The notes beneath the pieces were generated by a model that was not told the origin of the DNA, did no database searches, and was given only the letters and a program-made list of their open reading frames with translations. From positions 192,001-256,000 of the forward strand of contig CAWJSJ010000004.1 of assembly GCA_963845565.1 (NCBI GenBank): a stretch of DNA of 64,000 nt. Reading direction: 5' to 3'. Position 1 is the stretch's first letter, and each line of letters opens with the position of its first letter. This DNA is from an uncultured Methylomirabilota bacterium (lineage in GTDB: Bacteria > Methylomirabilota > Methylomirabilia > Methylomirabilales > 2-02-FULL-66-22). Positions 20,509-29,339 of the stretch are shown here, one piece after another. A program made the position numbers and the translations under genes.

Positions 20509-21222
20509 TCAGTGCGCCCCCCCAAGATAGGCGTTCAATAGCTGCCCTTCATCCTTGATGGCCTTCGGTGTTCCTTGCAAGACGATGCGACCCACCGAGA
20601 GCAGGTAGGCGTAGTCGCTGACCGACAGCGCGAGATTCGCGTTCTGCTCGATCAGCAGGATCGTGGTGCCCTGGGCATTGACCTCCTGGATCCTCCGGAA
20701 GATGTCCTCGACCACGATGGGCGCCAGTCCCAGCGACGGCTCGTCCAGCATCAGGATCTTGGGCTGGATCATCAGGCCCCGACCGATGGCCAGCATCTGC
20801 TGCTCGCCGCCGCTGAGCGTGCCCGCCAGTTGTGCGCGGCGCTCCGCCAGCCGGGGGAACAACGCGAAGACGCTTTCCATCTTCTGGGCCACGGTGCGGG
20901 CGTGGAAGTTGGTGTAGGCTCCCATCTTCAGATTCTCGATCACCGTAAGGCCGGGAAACGCTTGCCGCCCCTCCGGGACGTGGGACACGCCGGCCTTCAC
21001 GATCGCATCCGTCCGCATGGTATGAAGCCGGCTGCCATCGAGGATGATGGTGCCCGACAGGGGACGCAGGAGTCCGGAGATCGCCTTGAGCGTGGTGGAC
21101 TTGCCCGCACCGTTCGCCCCGAGCAGGGTGACGATCTTGCCGTCCGGAACCTCGATGCTGATCCCCTGCAGGACGGGCGCGACCCCCCCATAGGAGACGA
21201 CGAGATCTTCGATCTTAAGCAC
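20509..21222 (-). CDS. livF: branched-chain amino acid-type ABC ATPase
   Basis: GANGAGKST, LSGGEQQMLAIGR, DEPSLGLAP. Confidence 0.9.
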   Translation of the reverse strand: MLKIEDLVVSYGGVAPVLQGISIEVPDGKIVTLLGANGAGKSTTLKAISGLLRPLSGTIILDGSRLHTMRTDAIVKAGVSHVPEGRQAFPGLTVIENLKMGAYTNFHARTVAQKMESVFALFPRLAERRAQLAGTLSGGEQQMLAIGRGLMIQPKILMLDEPSLGLAPIVVEDIFRRIQEVNAQGTTILLIEQNANLALSVSDYAYLLSVGRIVLQGTPKAIKDEGQLLNAYLGGAH

Positions 21223-21985
21223 GCGACCCCCCTGTTCCGAGGTAGGCCTCGATGACCGCCTGGTCCCGCTGAATCTCGGCGAAGGTGCCCTGCGCGATCT
21301 TCTTGCCGTAGTTCAAGACGAAGACCCGATCGCTCAATCCCTCCACGAAGGCCATCTCGTGCTCGATCAGGAGGACGGAGACGCCCGTATCGCGGATCTT
21401 GCCGACCAGCTTCATGAGCTGCGCCTTTTCGGCGCTGTTCAGCCCCGCCGCCGGTTCGTCGAGCAGGAGGAGCTTCGGTCGGGCCATCAGGGCCCGCGCG
21501 ATCTCCAGGACCTTCTGGCGGCCGTACGGGAGGTTTTTCACCAGTTCGTCCCGGAACGGCCGCAGCCCCACGAAGTCGAGCATCTCGTCAATACGCGCCG
21601 CGATCGCTCCCTCCTCCGCCCGCGTCTTGGCCGTGCGGAGGAGCACATCCCACAGGCCCGACCGGGTATGGATGTGCCCGCCCAAGCGCACATTGTCGAA
21701 GACGGAGAGGGGGAAGAGCAGCCGGATATTCTGAAAGCTGCGCCCGATGCCGAGGGCACAGATCTCGTGCGGGGCACGCCCCTGGATGGGCCGCCCATCG
21801 AAGGCGATGCTCCCCCCCGTCGGCTTGTAGATGCCGGTAATCAGATTCAAGACGGTCGTCTTGCCGGATCCGTTCGGTCCAATGAGTCCGCAGATTTCTC
21901 CGGCCGCTACGGAGAGCTCCAGCTCGTTGACGGCCAGGATACCCCCGAAGCGCTTGGTCAGCTGAGTCGTCGTCAGGAGGCTCAC
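21215..21985 (-). CDS. livG: branched-chain amino acid-type ABC ATPase
   Basis: GPNGSGKTT, LPYGRQK, DEPAAGLN. Confidence 0.9.
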   Translation of the reverse strand: MSLLTTTQLTKRFGGILAVNELELSVAAGEICGLIGPNGSGKTTVLNLITGIYKPTGGSIAFDGRPIQGRAPHEICALGIGRSFQNIRLLFPLSVFDNVRLGGHIHTRSGLWDVLLRTAKTRAEEGAIAARIDEMLDFVGLRPFRDELVKNLPYGRQKVLEIARALMARPKLLLLDEPAAGLNSAEKAQLMKLVGKIRDTGVSVLLIEHEMAFVEGLSDRVFVLNYGKKIAQGTFAEIQRDQAVIEAYLGTGGSRA

Positions 21986-22953
21986 CCTTGCACCTCATCC
22001 TTGCGAGCGGTTCCCGGAAAGAGCCTACGCCGCACGCGCCGCGCCAACCGCTGGAGGTTCTCGATGTTCAGCACCTTGGTGTACCGGAGCATGAGCAGCA
22101 GGATGAGCGCATAGACGATCAAGCGGTAGCGCGTCATGAAGCGCAGAACCTCCGGCAATGAGGTCACTGCAAACGCACTCAGAATGCCCCCGGTCACGCT
22201 CCCCATGCCGCCCAGCACGACCATGAGCAGGTAGGTCGAGCTTTCGTTGAAGGTGAAGGAATCGGGATTCAGGTACCCGGCCAGATTCGCGAAGAAGACC
22301 CCCGACAGGCCGGCGAGTATGGAGGAGATCACGAAGGCCAGCAGCTTGACGCGGCGGACATGCACCCCCATGACCTCGGCGGTCACCTCGTCCTCGCGTA
22401 TCGCCTTGAAGGCCAGGCCGATATGGGATCGGCTCAGGCGCAGCGTGGCGAACGACGCCAAATAGGCCACCACCAGCATGAAGTAGTACAAGGGGAGTCC
22501 GCCGAGGATCGTCGGGATACGGTTGAGGCCGAAGGGCCCCCCCGTGAATTTCTCGTTGTTCAGAATGAGGATGCGGACGATCTCGGAAAAGGCAATGGTG
22601 CTGACCGCCAGGAAAGGGCCGGTCAATTTGAAGGAGGGAATTCCCAGCAGGAGGCCGACCAGCCCAGACACCAAGGGAGCGATTGCCAGACTGACCCAGG
22701 GGGAGACCCCGTAGTTGACGCACAGGATGCCATACGCGTATGCGCCCACCGCCACCAAACCGGACTGCCCCAAGGAGAGCTGTCCGGTGTACCCGAGCAA
22801 GATGACGAGGCTCAAGACAACCAGCCCATTTTGCATCCCCCGCTCCAGGATGTAAAACTGGTAGGCCGGGAGCCCCGTGAGGGGGATCAGGGCGAGCAGC
22901 AGAAAGATGATCTGGATCGGTCCGAGGCGCTTCAGAGCGGCCAGCTTCGACAC
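21982..22953 (-). CDS. livM: branched-chain amino acid-type ABC permease
   Basis: GYTGQLSLGQ, AIREDE, MVVLGGMGS; GTG start after GAGGAGG. Confidence 0.88.
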   Translation of the reverse strand: MSKLAALKRLGPIQIIFLLLALIPLTGLPAYQFYILERGMQNGLVVLSLVILLGYTGQLSLGQSGLVAVGAYAYGILCVNYGVSPWVSLAIAPLVSGLVGLLLGIPSFKLTGPFLAVSTIAFSEIVRILILNNEKFTGGPFGLNRIPTILGGLPLYYFMLVVAYLASFATLRLSRSHIGLAFKAIREDEVTAEVMGVHVRRVKLLAFVISSILAGLSGVFFANLAGYLNPDSFTFNESSTYLLMVVLGGMGSVTGGILSAFAVTSLPEVLRFMTRYRLIVYALILLLMLRYTKVLNIENLQRLARRVRRRLFPGTARKDEVQG

Positions 22954-22963
22954 GGTGTCCTCC

Positions 22964-23851
22964 TCAGACCTTTTCCGAAATTTCCGCCGAGAAGATGCCG
23001 CGCGGCCGAAAGAGCAGGAACACGACCAGGATCGCAAAGATGAAGACATCCTTGTAGGTGGGGACCGCAACGGTGGCGAACACCACCTCGGCAATGCCGA
23101 CGATCACCCCCCCGACGAGCGCCCCCGCGAAACTCCCGAGGCCGCCGATGAGGACGGCCGCGAAGGCTTTCAGGGAGACCAGGCCGCCCATCTCCGGGAT
23201 GAGGGGAATGATGGGAGCGATCAGGACCCCCGCAAAGGCTGCCAAGCCCGTCGCCAGCAGAAACGTCAGCGCCACGAGCTGATCGACCCGCACCCCCATC
23301 AGCGAGGCCGTCACCTGCCGCTGAGCCACCGCGCGCATGGCGATGCCGATGATGGTCTTCTTCAGGAAGAGCTGCAGGAGGGCCACCAGCACCACCACGA
23401 TCACGATGTTATACGCGTAATAGGGCATGATGATGATCCGCCCGATGTGGATCGGAGCGTCTCCGAGGGGCGGCCCGAACCGCTGGGCGTGGGGCCCCCA
23501 CACGAGCAGGATCGAGTTGTGTAGTAGGACGGTGAGCGACACGGTGCCGATCACGATGATGTCCGGATGCAACCCCTGGGAGAACATGGGGAAGAAGTAG
23601 CCCCGGCTCAGCAGGTAGCCGGCCAGCCCCATGATCCCGACCGTGAGCGCGAAGGCGAGCGGGTACGGCAGGGCCCAATGCGCAAAGGTGGAGAGCATGA
23701 CGTAGCCCCCCACGGTCATTAGGTCGCCCTGCGCGAAGTTGAAGAGCCCCGACGCGCTCCAGATCAGGGAGATCCCGAGCGCCGCGAGGGCGTAGATGAG
23801 ACCCATATTCAGACCCTGGATGAGGATCTGGAGGAGGTTCTCGAATCCCAT
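22964..23851 (-). CDS. livH: branched-chain amino acid-type ABC permease
   Basis: NFAQGD, AMRAVAQ, KAFAAVLIGGLGS. Confidence 0.9.
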   Translation of the reverse strand: MGFENLLQILIQGLNMGLIYALAALGISLIWSASGLFNFAQGDLMTVGGYVMLSTFAHWALPYPLAFALTVGIMGLAGYLLSRGYFFPMFSQGLHPDIIVIGTVSLTVLLHNSILLVWGPHAQRFGPPLGDAPIHIGRIIIMPYYAYNIVIVVVLVALLQLFLKKTIIGIAMRAVAQRQVTASLMGVRVDQLVALTFLLATGLAAFAGVLIAPIIPLIPEMGGLVSLKAFAAVLIGGLGSFAGALVGGVIVGIAEVVFATVAVPTYKDVFIFAILVVFLLFRPRGIFSAEISEKV

Positions 23852-23865
23852 GCGATTCTCCTGCA

Positions 23866-23899
23866 GAGCGGGCGGGCAGTCGAAACTGCCCGCCCGCTC
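23866..23899 (-). promoter_or_regulatory. intra-operon 15-bp hairpin with UUCG loop after the binding-protein gene (mRNA stabiliser or attenuator)
   Basis: GAGCGGGCGGGCAGT-CGAA-ACTGCCCGCCCGCTC on the plus strand. Confidence 0.6.
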
Positions 23900-23912
23900 C
23901 GGTCCTGGGCTT

Positions 23913-25076
23913 CTACTTTTCTGCGGGATAGGTCTCGCTCATCAACAAAACCCACTTGCCGTCTTTCCAGACCTGGGTGTGCATGTGATGCACCAGGTTG
24001 CCCTCTTTGTCGGCCGTGTACTGGGCCAGCACCCCCTTGTAGTCCAGCTTGGCAAGCGCCTCGCGGATCTTCTCGCGGTCGGTACCGACCTTCCCCACGA
24101 TGTCGGCGATGATATAGATGCTGTCGTAGTGGTTGACGTGGGTCGAGGAGATGATCTGCTTGAACTTCGTCTCGTACGTCTTGATGAACTCCTGGATCTT
24201 CGGATCGGGGTCGCCGGGGGAGAGCGTGGTGGTGACCACCATCCCCTCGAAGTTCTCCTTGCCCGCCAGGTCATACACGGACGGGACGCTGGCCGCCCGC
24301 TCGCTGAAGATGGGGATGTTCTTCATGCCCAGCTCCGACCGCTGCCGGGTGATCTTGCCGACCTCGGGGGTGTAGCCGTACAGGAAGATGGCATCCGCGT
24401 TGGACTTCTTGATCTCCAGGAGCTGGGCGGAGAAGTCCTGGTCGTTGTCGTTGTAGGTCTGCACCGTCACCGGCTTCAGATTGAATTTGGTCATGGCCGG
24501 CTCGGTGGCCACCCAGTTGGCTTTCGAGTAGTCGTTGAGGCCATAGATGACCGCCGGTCGTTTGATGTTGTACTTCTCGACCGCGGTCTTGACGAGGAGC
24601 GGGATCCAGTACTGGGACGAGATCTGCATCCGGAAGGTGTAGGGGTTCCCTTGCTTGGTGGTCTCGGCGCTGGTGGCGTCGGTGATGGCGGGGATCTTGG
24701 CCTCCTTCCAGAGCTTCTCCGCGGCCAGCACCCCTCCGCTCCGGTTCGGGCCGACGATCACCAGCGGCTCCAGGGAGATCGCCTTCTTGGTGCCCTCGAT
24801 CGCCCCGGCGGAGTTGGAGGTCTCGTCCACCTCGGTGTACTCGATCTTGAGCTGGCTGCCGTCCGGCAGCTTCACCCCGCCCTTGGCGTTGATCTCCTCG
24901 ACCGCCATCTTCGCCGAGTTGAGCATGTACATCCCGTACGACGAGGCACCTCCCGTGGTCGGCGAGAGGTGGGCGATCTTGATGCTCTTGGGCTTGTCCT
25001 GTCCGCAACCGGTCAAGGCGAGCGCCGCGATACAGACAACCATCGAGAGCCACAGCGACCACTTGTGCAGTTTCAC
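23913..25076 (-). CDS. LivK/LivJ-type substrate-binding lipoprotein
   Basis: GTG after AGGAGG; lipobox LTGC; AVEEINAKGGV, NPYTFR, DFSAQL. Confidence 0.88.
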   Translation of the reverse strand: MKLHKWSLWLSMVVCIAALALTGCGQDKPKSIKIAHLSPTTGGASSYGMYMLNSAKMAVEEINAKGGVKLPDGSQLKIEYTEVDETSNSAGAIEGTKKAISLEPLVIVGPNRSGGVLAAEKLWKEAKIPAITDATSAETTKQGNPYTFRMQISSQYWIPLLVKTAVEKYNIKRPAVIYGLNDYSKANWVATEPAMTKFNLKPVTVQTYNDNDQDFSAQLLEIKKSNADAIFLYGYTPEVGKITRQRSELGMKNIPIFSERAASVPSVYDLAGKENFEGMVVTTTLSPGDPDPKIQEFIKTYETKFKQIISSTHVNHYDSIYIIADIVGKVGTDREKIREALAKLDYKGVLAQYTADKEGNLVHHMHTQVWKDGKWVLLMSETYPAEK

Positions 25077-25111
25077 GTGTCGTCCTCCTGTGTCGGGTGA
25101 TGGGGAAAGAG

Positions 25112-26089
25112 CTAACCGGAAAAAGCCCGTTGGTTCACCCAGAACTTTGGCCGGCCTTCGGTCAGGGCACGTGCCACCTCCTGGGCGGCCTTCCGCCGCA
25201 ATTCCGGCATGGCGTCGTCCGAATACCAGGCGGTGTGCGGCGTGAGAACAACGTTGTCCATGGCGGCCAGGGCAAGCGGGAAGCTCGGAGGTTCGTCGGC
25301 CAGGACGTCCAAACCGGCCCCGGCGAGCCGACCCTCTTGGAGTACGGTCAACAAGTCGGCTTCGTTGATCAGGGGGCCGCGCGAGGTGTTGACCAGCACG
25401 GCCGTCGGCTTCATCAGCCCGAGGGTCGTCCGATTCAGAATCCCCTGCGTCTCGGCGGTCAGCGGGGCGTGGACGGACAGGAAGTCGACCGCGCGGAGCA
25501 GCTCTTCGAGGCTCGCAGCGCGCCGGACGTGCCGGGCCGCGAAGGCCTCCGCGGCAACATACGGATCGAAGGCGATGACCTCGAGCCCGAAGGCCTGGAC
25601 CCGCTTGGCCACCTGTTGAGCGATATTGCCGAAGCCGAACAGCCCATACAGCTTCCCCTGGAGGCGCGGTGCCGGCTTGGCCAGGTCGACGCTCCACTGT
25701 CCCCCTTTGACGCTCGCGTGCAAGCGTGGGATGTGTCGCACGCAGGCGAGGAAGAGCCCGACGGTGTGATCGGCGACCTCGCCCATGCAGTAATCAGGGA
25801 CGTTGGCCACCATGATTCGCCTGGCGTTCGCCGCCTCCAGATCGATCGTGTTGTACCCGATGCCCGTCCGTACGATCACGCGACACGTGGGCCAGGCGTC
25901 CAGGATCTCCTTGGTGAGCTGGACGTAGACGTTGATCGCCGCGTCGCACCGTGCCCCCTCCCGCTTGAGCGTGTCGGGGTCGGTCGTCGGGGCCAGCACG
26001 AACTCGGCGTCGATCCGGCGCAGCTCCTCCTGCTCGATCGTCGTGTCGGGGAAGATGGTGTCGGTCATCAGGACGCGGAACGTGTTCAT
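25112..26089 (-). CDS. D-2-hydroxyacid dehydrogenase (CtBP/SerA-like)
   Basis: NVPDYC, GLFGFGNIA, NTSRG, GAGLDV, TPHTAWYS. Confidence 0.9.
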   Translation of the reverse strand: MNTFRVLMTDTIFPDTTIEQEELRRIDAEFVLAPTTDPDTLKREGARCDAAINVYVQLTKEILDAWPTCRVIVRTGIGYNTIDLEAANARRIMVANVPDYCMGEVADHTVGLFLACVRHIPRLHASVKGGQWSVDLAKPAPRLQGKLYGLFGFGNIAQQVAKRVQAFGLEVIAFDPYVAAEAFAARHVRRAASLEELLRAVDFLSVHAPLTAETQGILNRTTLGLMKPTAVLVNTSRGPLINEADLLTVLQEGRLAGAGLDVLADEPPSFPLALAAMDNVVLTPHTAWYSDDAMPELRRKAAQEVARALTEGRPKFWVNQRAFSG

Positions 26090-26125
26090 CGGAACTCCTC
26101 CCTGTGGGGCCGGGGATCCTCCGCC

Positions 26126-26818
26126 TCACTTCTTGCGGGCGGTGAGGAAGGCCACGACGCTGTCGGCGGTCCGCTGGAGGTGCGCCTCGACGCGCTTCAC
26201 GGCCAGTGCGGCGTTTCCCTGACGATAGGCGGCCAGGATGCTGCGATGCTCCCGATGCGCGATCTCGTAGTGCTGCAGGACGCCCAGGCGCATCCGGAGA
26301 TAGCGGTCGATCAGGTTGCGCAGGTTGTTGGCGAAACGCAGGATGCGCAGGCGTCCGGACGGTCGATACAGCCGATCGTGGAATTCGCGGTTCAGCGACA
26401 GCCAGGCCACCGGATCGCGCTCCTGACTCATGGCCTGGATCAGTTCGGTGGTGCGGGCGAGATCCTCGGCCTGAAAGGCCGGGACGGCGTGATGTGTGAG
26501 GAGTTTCTCCAGCTGGATGCGGAGCTCCCAGAGTTCCTTGACTTCGGCCGCAGAGAGCCGGCTGACCCGAGCCCCCTTGCGCCGCTCCGTCTCGACGAGC
26601 CCCTCGGCCTCCAGGAGTCGCAAGGCCTCGCGTACCACCACTTCGCTCACGCCATAGCGCCGAGCGAGGTTGCGTTGGCGGAGGTACTCCCCCTCCTCGA
26701 GGCTGCCGGACAGGATGGTCTGGCGGAGGTCATCGGTGAGCATCTCGCTGATGGACTTGTAGGAGCGGTGGAGTGGGTGCGCGGGGTGGTGAGATTCCGG
26801 CTTGACGTGTGGGGGCAT
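26126..26818 (-). CDS. GntR (FadR/FCD) transcriptional regulator
   Basis: YGVSEVVVREALRLLEAEGLV, NREFH, EHRSIL. Confidence 0.9.
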   Translation of the reverse strand: MPPHVKPESHHPAHPLHRSYKSISEMLTDDLRQTILSGSLEEGEYLRQRNLARRYGVSEVVVREALRLLEAEGLVETERRKGARVSRLSAAEVKELWELRIQLEKLLTHHAVPAFQAEDLARTTELIQAMSQERDPVAWLSLNREFHDRLYRPSGRLRILRFANNLRNLIDRYLRMRLGVLQHYEIAHREHRSILAAYRQGNAALAVKRVEAHLQRTADSVVAFLTARKK

Positions 26819-27039
26819 TGTGCGCGTCCTGACCCGAGGCCTGGCATCGTCGGCACAGGCCGCTCACGGTGGCGATTGTGTATCATGAGCGATAATCGAT
26901 TGTCAATTACCAATATCGGAAAACGAACCGGGACACCTCCCGGCGCAACCCCTCTCGGTGCGCTGGAAGGCGTCTCCTCTCCGTCGGAACCCGGCATGAT
27001 CATGCCGGGCATCCGTCGTCTGCCTGGCATGCGCACACC

Positions 27040-27068
27040 TTGACACCTTACACGCACCGCAGTACCTT
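27040..27068 (+). promoter_or_regulatory. sigma70-like promoter of rmlC
   Basis: TTGACA, 17 nt, TACCTT. Confidence 0.55.
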
Positions 27069-27119
27069 GCCCCATCCTCCGATCGAGGCTGATTCGACGA
27101 ACCGAGCGAGGGCCAGACG

Positions 27120-27728
27120 ATGCGATTCGAGCCGACCGCGCTGCCGGACGTGGTGGTCATCACGCCGGACGTCCACCGCGATCCTCGCGGATTCTTCCTG
27201 GAGACCTACCACCAAGGGAAGTACCGGGCGGGGGGGATCGGGGTGACGTTCGTGCAGGACAACCTCTCCCGGTCCGCGCGCGGCACGCTGCGCGGGCTGC
27301 ACGCGCAGCGGCGTCGGCCTCAGGGGAAGCTGATCCGTGTGGTGGAGGGGGAGATCTTCGACGTGGCCGTGGACATCCGGCGCGGGTCGCCGAGCTTCGC
27401 CGGTTGGGTCGGGGTGCGCCTGTCGGGCGAGACCTTCCGGCAGGTGTACGTGCCGCCGGGATTCGCCCATGGCTTCTGCGTGCTGAGCGAGACGGCGGTG
27501 GTCGAATACAAGTGCACCGAACTCTACGATCCCGCCGACGAGATCGGCGTGATCTGGAACGATCCGGACATCGGTATCCAGTGGCCGATCAGCGACCCGA
27601 CGCTGTCGGCCAAAGACGGGGCAGCACCCCGGCTACGGGAGGTGCTGGAGGCGTTGCCTGATTGCGATGCGACGCCGGGTCGGGGAACGACGAACGAGCC
27701 GCCGCGCCTCAGGCGAGATGTTCAATGA
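27120..27728 (+). CDS. rmlC: dTDP-4-dehydrorhamnose 3,5-epimerase
   Basis: [30 protein letters not shown]. Confidence 0.95.
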   Translation: MRFEPTALPDVVVITPDVHRDPRGFFLETYHQGKYRAGGIGVTFVQDNLSRSARGTLRGLHAQRRRPQGKLIRVVEGEIFDVAVDIRRGSPSFAGWVGVRLSGETFRQVYVPPGFAHGFCVLSETAVVEYKCTELYDPADEIGVIWNDPDIGIQWPISDPTLSAKDGAAPRLREVLEALPDCDATPGRGTTNEPPRLRRDVQ

Positions 27729-28839
27729 GGACCTTCAGGGCGATCCCGATCAGGATCAAACCGCCGGCGATCTCGATGCGATGCTGACCGATCCGCCGGA
27801 GTCGCTCGCTCGCCCCCGTCCGCGTCAGCAGGGGTGCGCAGACGATCACCGCGACAGCCGAGAACAGCACGACGACCGGAACGATGGCCAGCGCCCACTG
27901 GAATCTGACCAGGAACGCCTGGGCGCTGGTGAGCGCGGCGATGATCAGGACCGCATAGACCAACCGGGGGTCCAAACGTGCGTCGGCGTGGCCCGGCCGC
28001 ACCACGCCGTGGATCATCTTCCAGCCGATCCCGCCAAGCAGCACGAACGCAATCCAGTGGTCGAATGCCGCCAGGGGCTTGGCCAACCCCAGGCTGGCCA
28101 CCCAGGCGACCGCGAGAAGGAGGACGAACAGCGATTGCGGCACGCGAGCGGCACCGCCGACGGCGGGACGTTCCGGCGCCGCGCTGCGGCGGCGCCGGAC
28201 GAAGAGATAGTGGGCCGCACCCAGGGTGGCCACCACCAACCCGAACAGGACGACCGATCGGACGGCCAACGGCAGCATCGTCGCCAAGACGGCGGAGGCA
28301 CCCGCGAAGCCGAAGAAGATGAAGACGCCGGCCGACACGAGGCGAATCAGTGTGTCCGGCATCCGCTTGCCGAGGACGATGCCGATGCCGATGCCGATAC
28401 TGTCCGCGACCACCATTCCGGCGGTCGTGCCCAGGAGGACGGCGATCGGATCGGTGTACTTGACCGCCAAGCTGATGGTGGCGAGCTGGGTTTTGTCGCC
28501 GAGCTCGGCCAGGAAGAACGCGATGGCGACGGTGAGAAACGGGCCAAAGCTGGAGCGCTGCTGGTCCTCGCCTTCCAGTGTGTCGCCCCGGATGGTCCAG
28601 AGTCCAAAGAGGATGAAGGACAGGGCCGCCGTCAGCGAGATGACGTCCAGCGGAATGACGTTGGTGAGCAGGCGCCCGGCCGCGACCGCCAGGGCGTGGT
28701 TCAGGAGGGTGGCCACGAATACCGCCGACAGCACGGTCCGTGCCGGGAATCGCGTGGCAAAGGCCATCGCCAAGAGCTGGGTCTTATCGCCCATCTCGGC
28801 CAGGGTGACGAACAAGAGGGATGCGATAAACGCCGGCAT
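27709..28839 (-). CDS. TMEM165/GDT1 (UPF0016) Mn/Ca transporter fused to a partial MntP-like domain
   Basis: EMGDKTQ and ELGDKTQ; C-terminal [18 protein letters not shown] and [20 protein letters not shown]. Confidence 0.85.
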   Translation of the reverse strand: MPAFIASLLFVTLAEMGDKTQLLAMAFATRFPARTVLSAVFVATLLNHALAVAAGRLLTNVIPLDVISLTAALSFILFGLWTIRGDTLEGEDQQRSSFGPFLTVAIAFFLAELGDKTQLATISLAVKYTDPIAVLLGTTAGMVVADSIGIGIGIVLGKRMPDTLIRLVSAGVFIFFGFAGASAVLATMLPLAVRSVVLFGLVVATLGAAHYLFVRRRRSAAPERPAVGGAARVPQSLFVLLLAVAWVASLGLAKPLAAFDHWIAFVLLGGIGWKMIHGVVRPGHADARLDPRLVYAVLIIAALTSAQAFLVRFQWALAIVPVVVLFSAVAVIVCAPLLTRTGASERLRRIGQHRIEIAGGLILIGIALKVLIEHLA

Positions 28840-29092
28840 GTCGGACTGCTCCTCCGCGTGTGATGGCGTATGGAACGATCAGCGGGTGGCGGTAAGTGTG
28901 GCAGTGGACAGGTCAGGAATGGCTGGCCAGGGCTTCCCCGTGCGGCCGTCGGCGCGCGCGCCGTCCCGAGCGCTGAATACTCCCGCAGATACGTTACCAC
29001 GCGGCGAGATCGTGGGCTAGACATCGCCCTCGAAGGTCTGGCGAGCCGAACGTTATGAGACACGACATGATCCGTGTCGGACCCGACGAACC

Positions 29093-29122
29093 TTGACACC
29101 TGTCCCGTCTCCACAGTAACTT
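29093..29122 (+). promoter_or_regulatory. sigma70-like promoter facing the TolC gene
   Basis: TTGACA, 18 nt, TAACTT. Confidence 0.45.
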
Positions 29123-29339
29123 TAACCGGCCGCGGACAGGATCGTCACGCGAGTCCGTGTGTCCGAGGTTGGGGGTGCCGTGGAGGGAGGAGGCTGCCCG
29201 CTGGAGGGGCTCGGTGGTCACGGGGCGGCGAAACATCGGCACGACCGGCGGCGTATAGAGTGGGAGAAGGCTGCAACAAGTCAGGGGCGCGGCGGCGAGG
29301 CCGATCTCGGCGCCGCATTCTTGCGTGAAAGGAGCCACC

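Noticed and set aside
26991..27008. Perfect palindrome CCGGCATGATCATGCCGG as an operator
   Set aside because: Single occurrence, GC-rich, and cannot be tied to any regulator.
27709..27728. 20-bp convergent overlap of rmlC and the GDT1 gene as antisense regulation
   Set aside because: Short tail overlaps are common in GC-rich genomes where stop codons are scarce.
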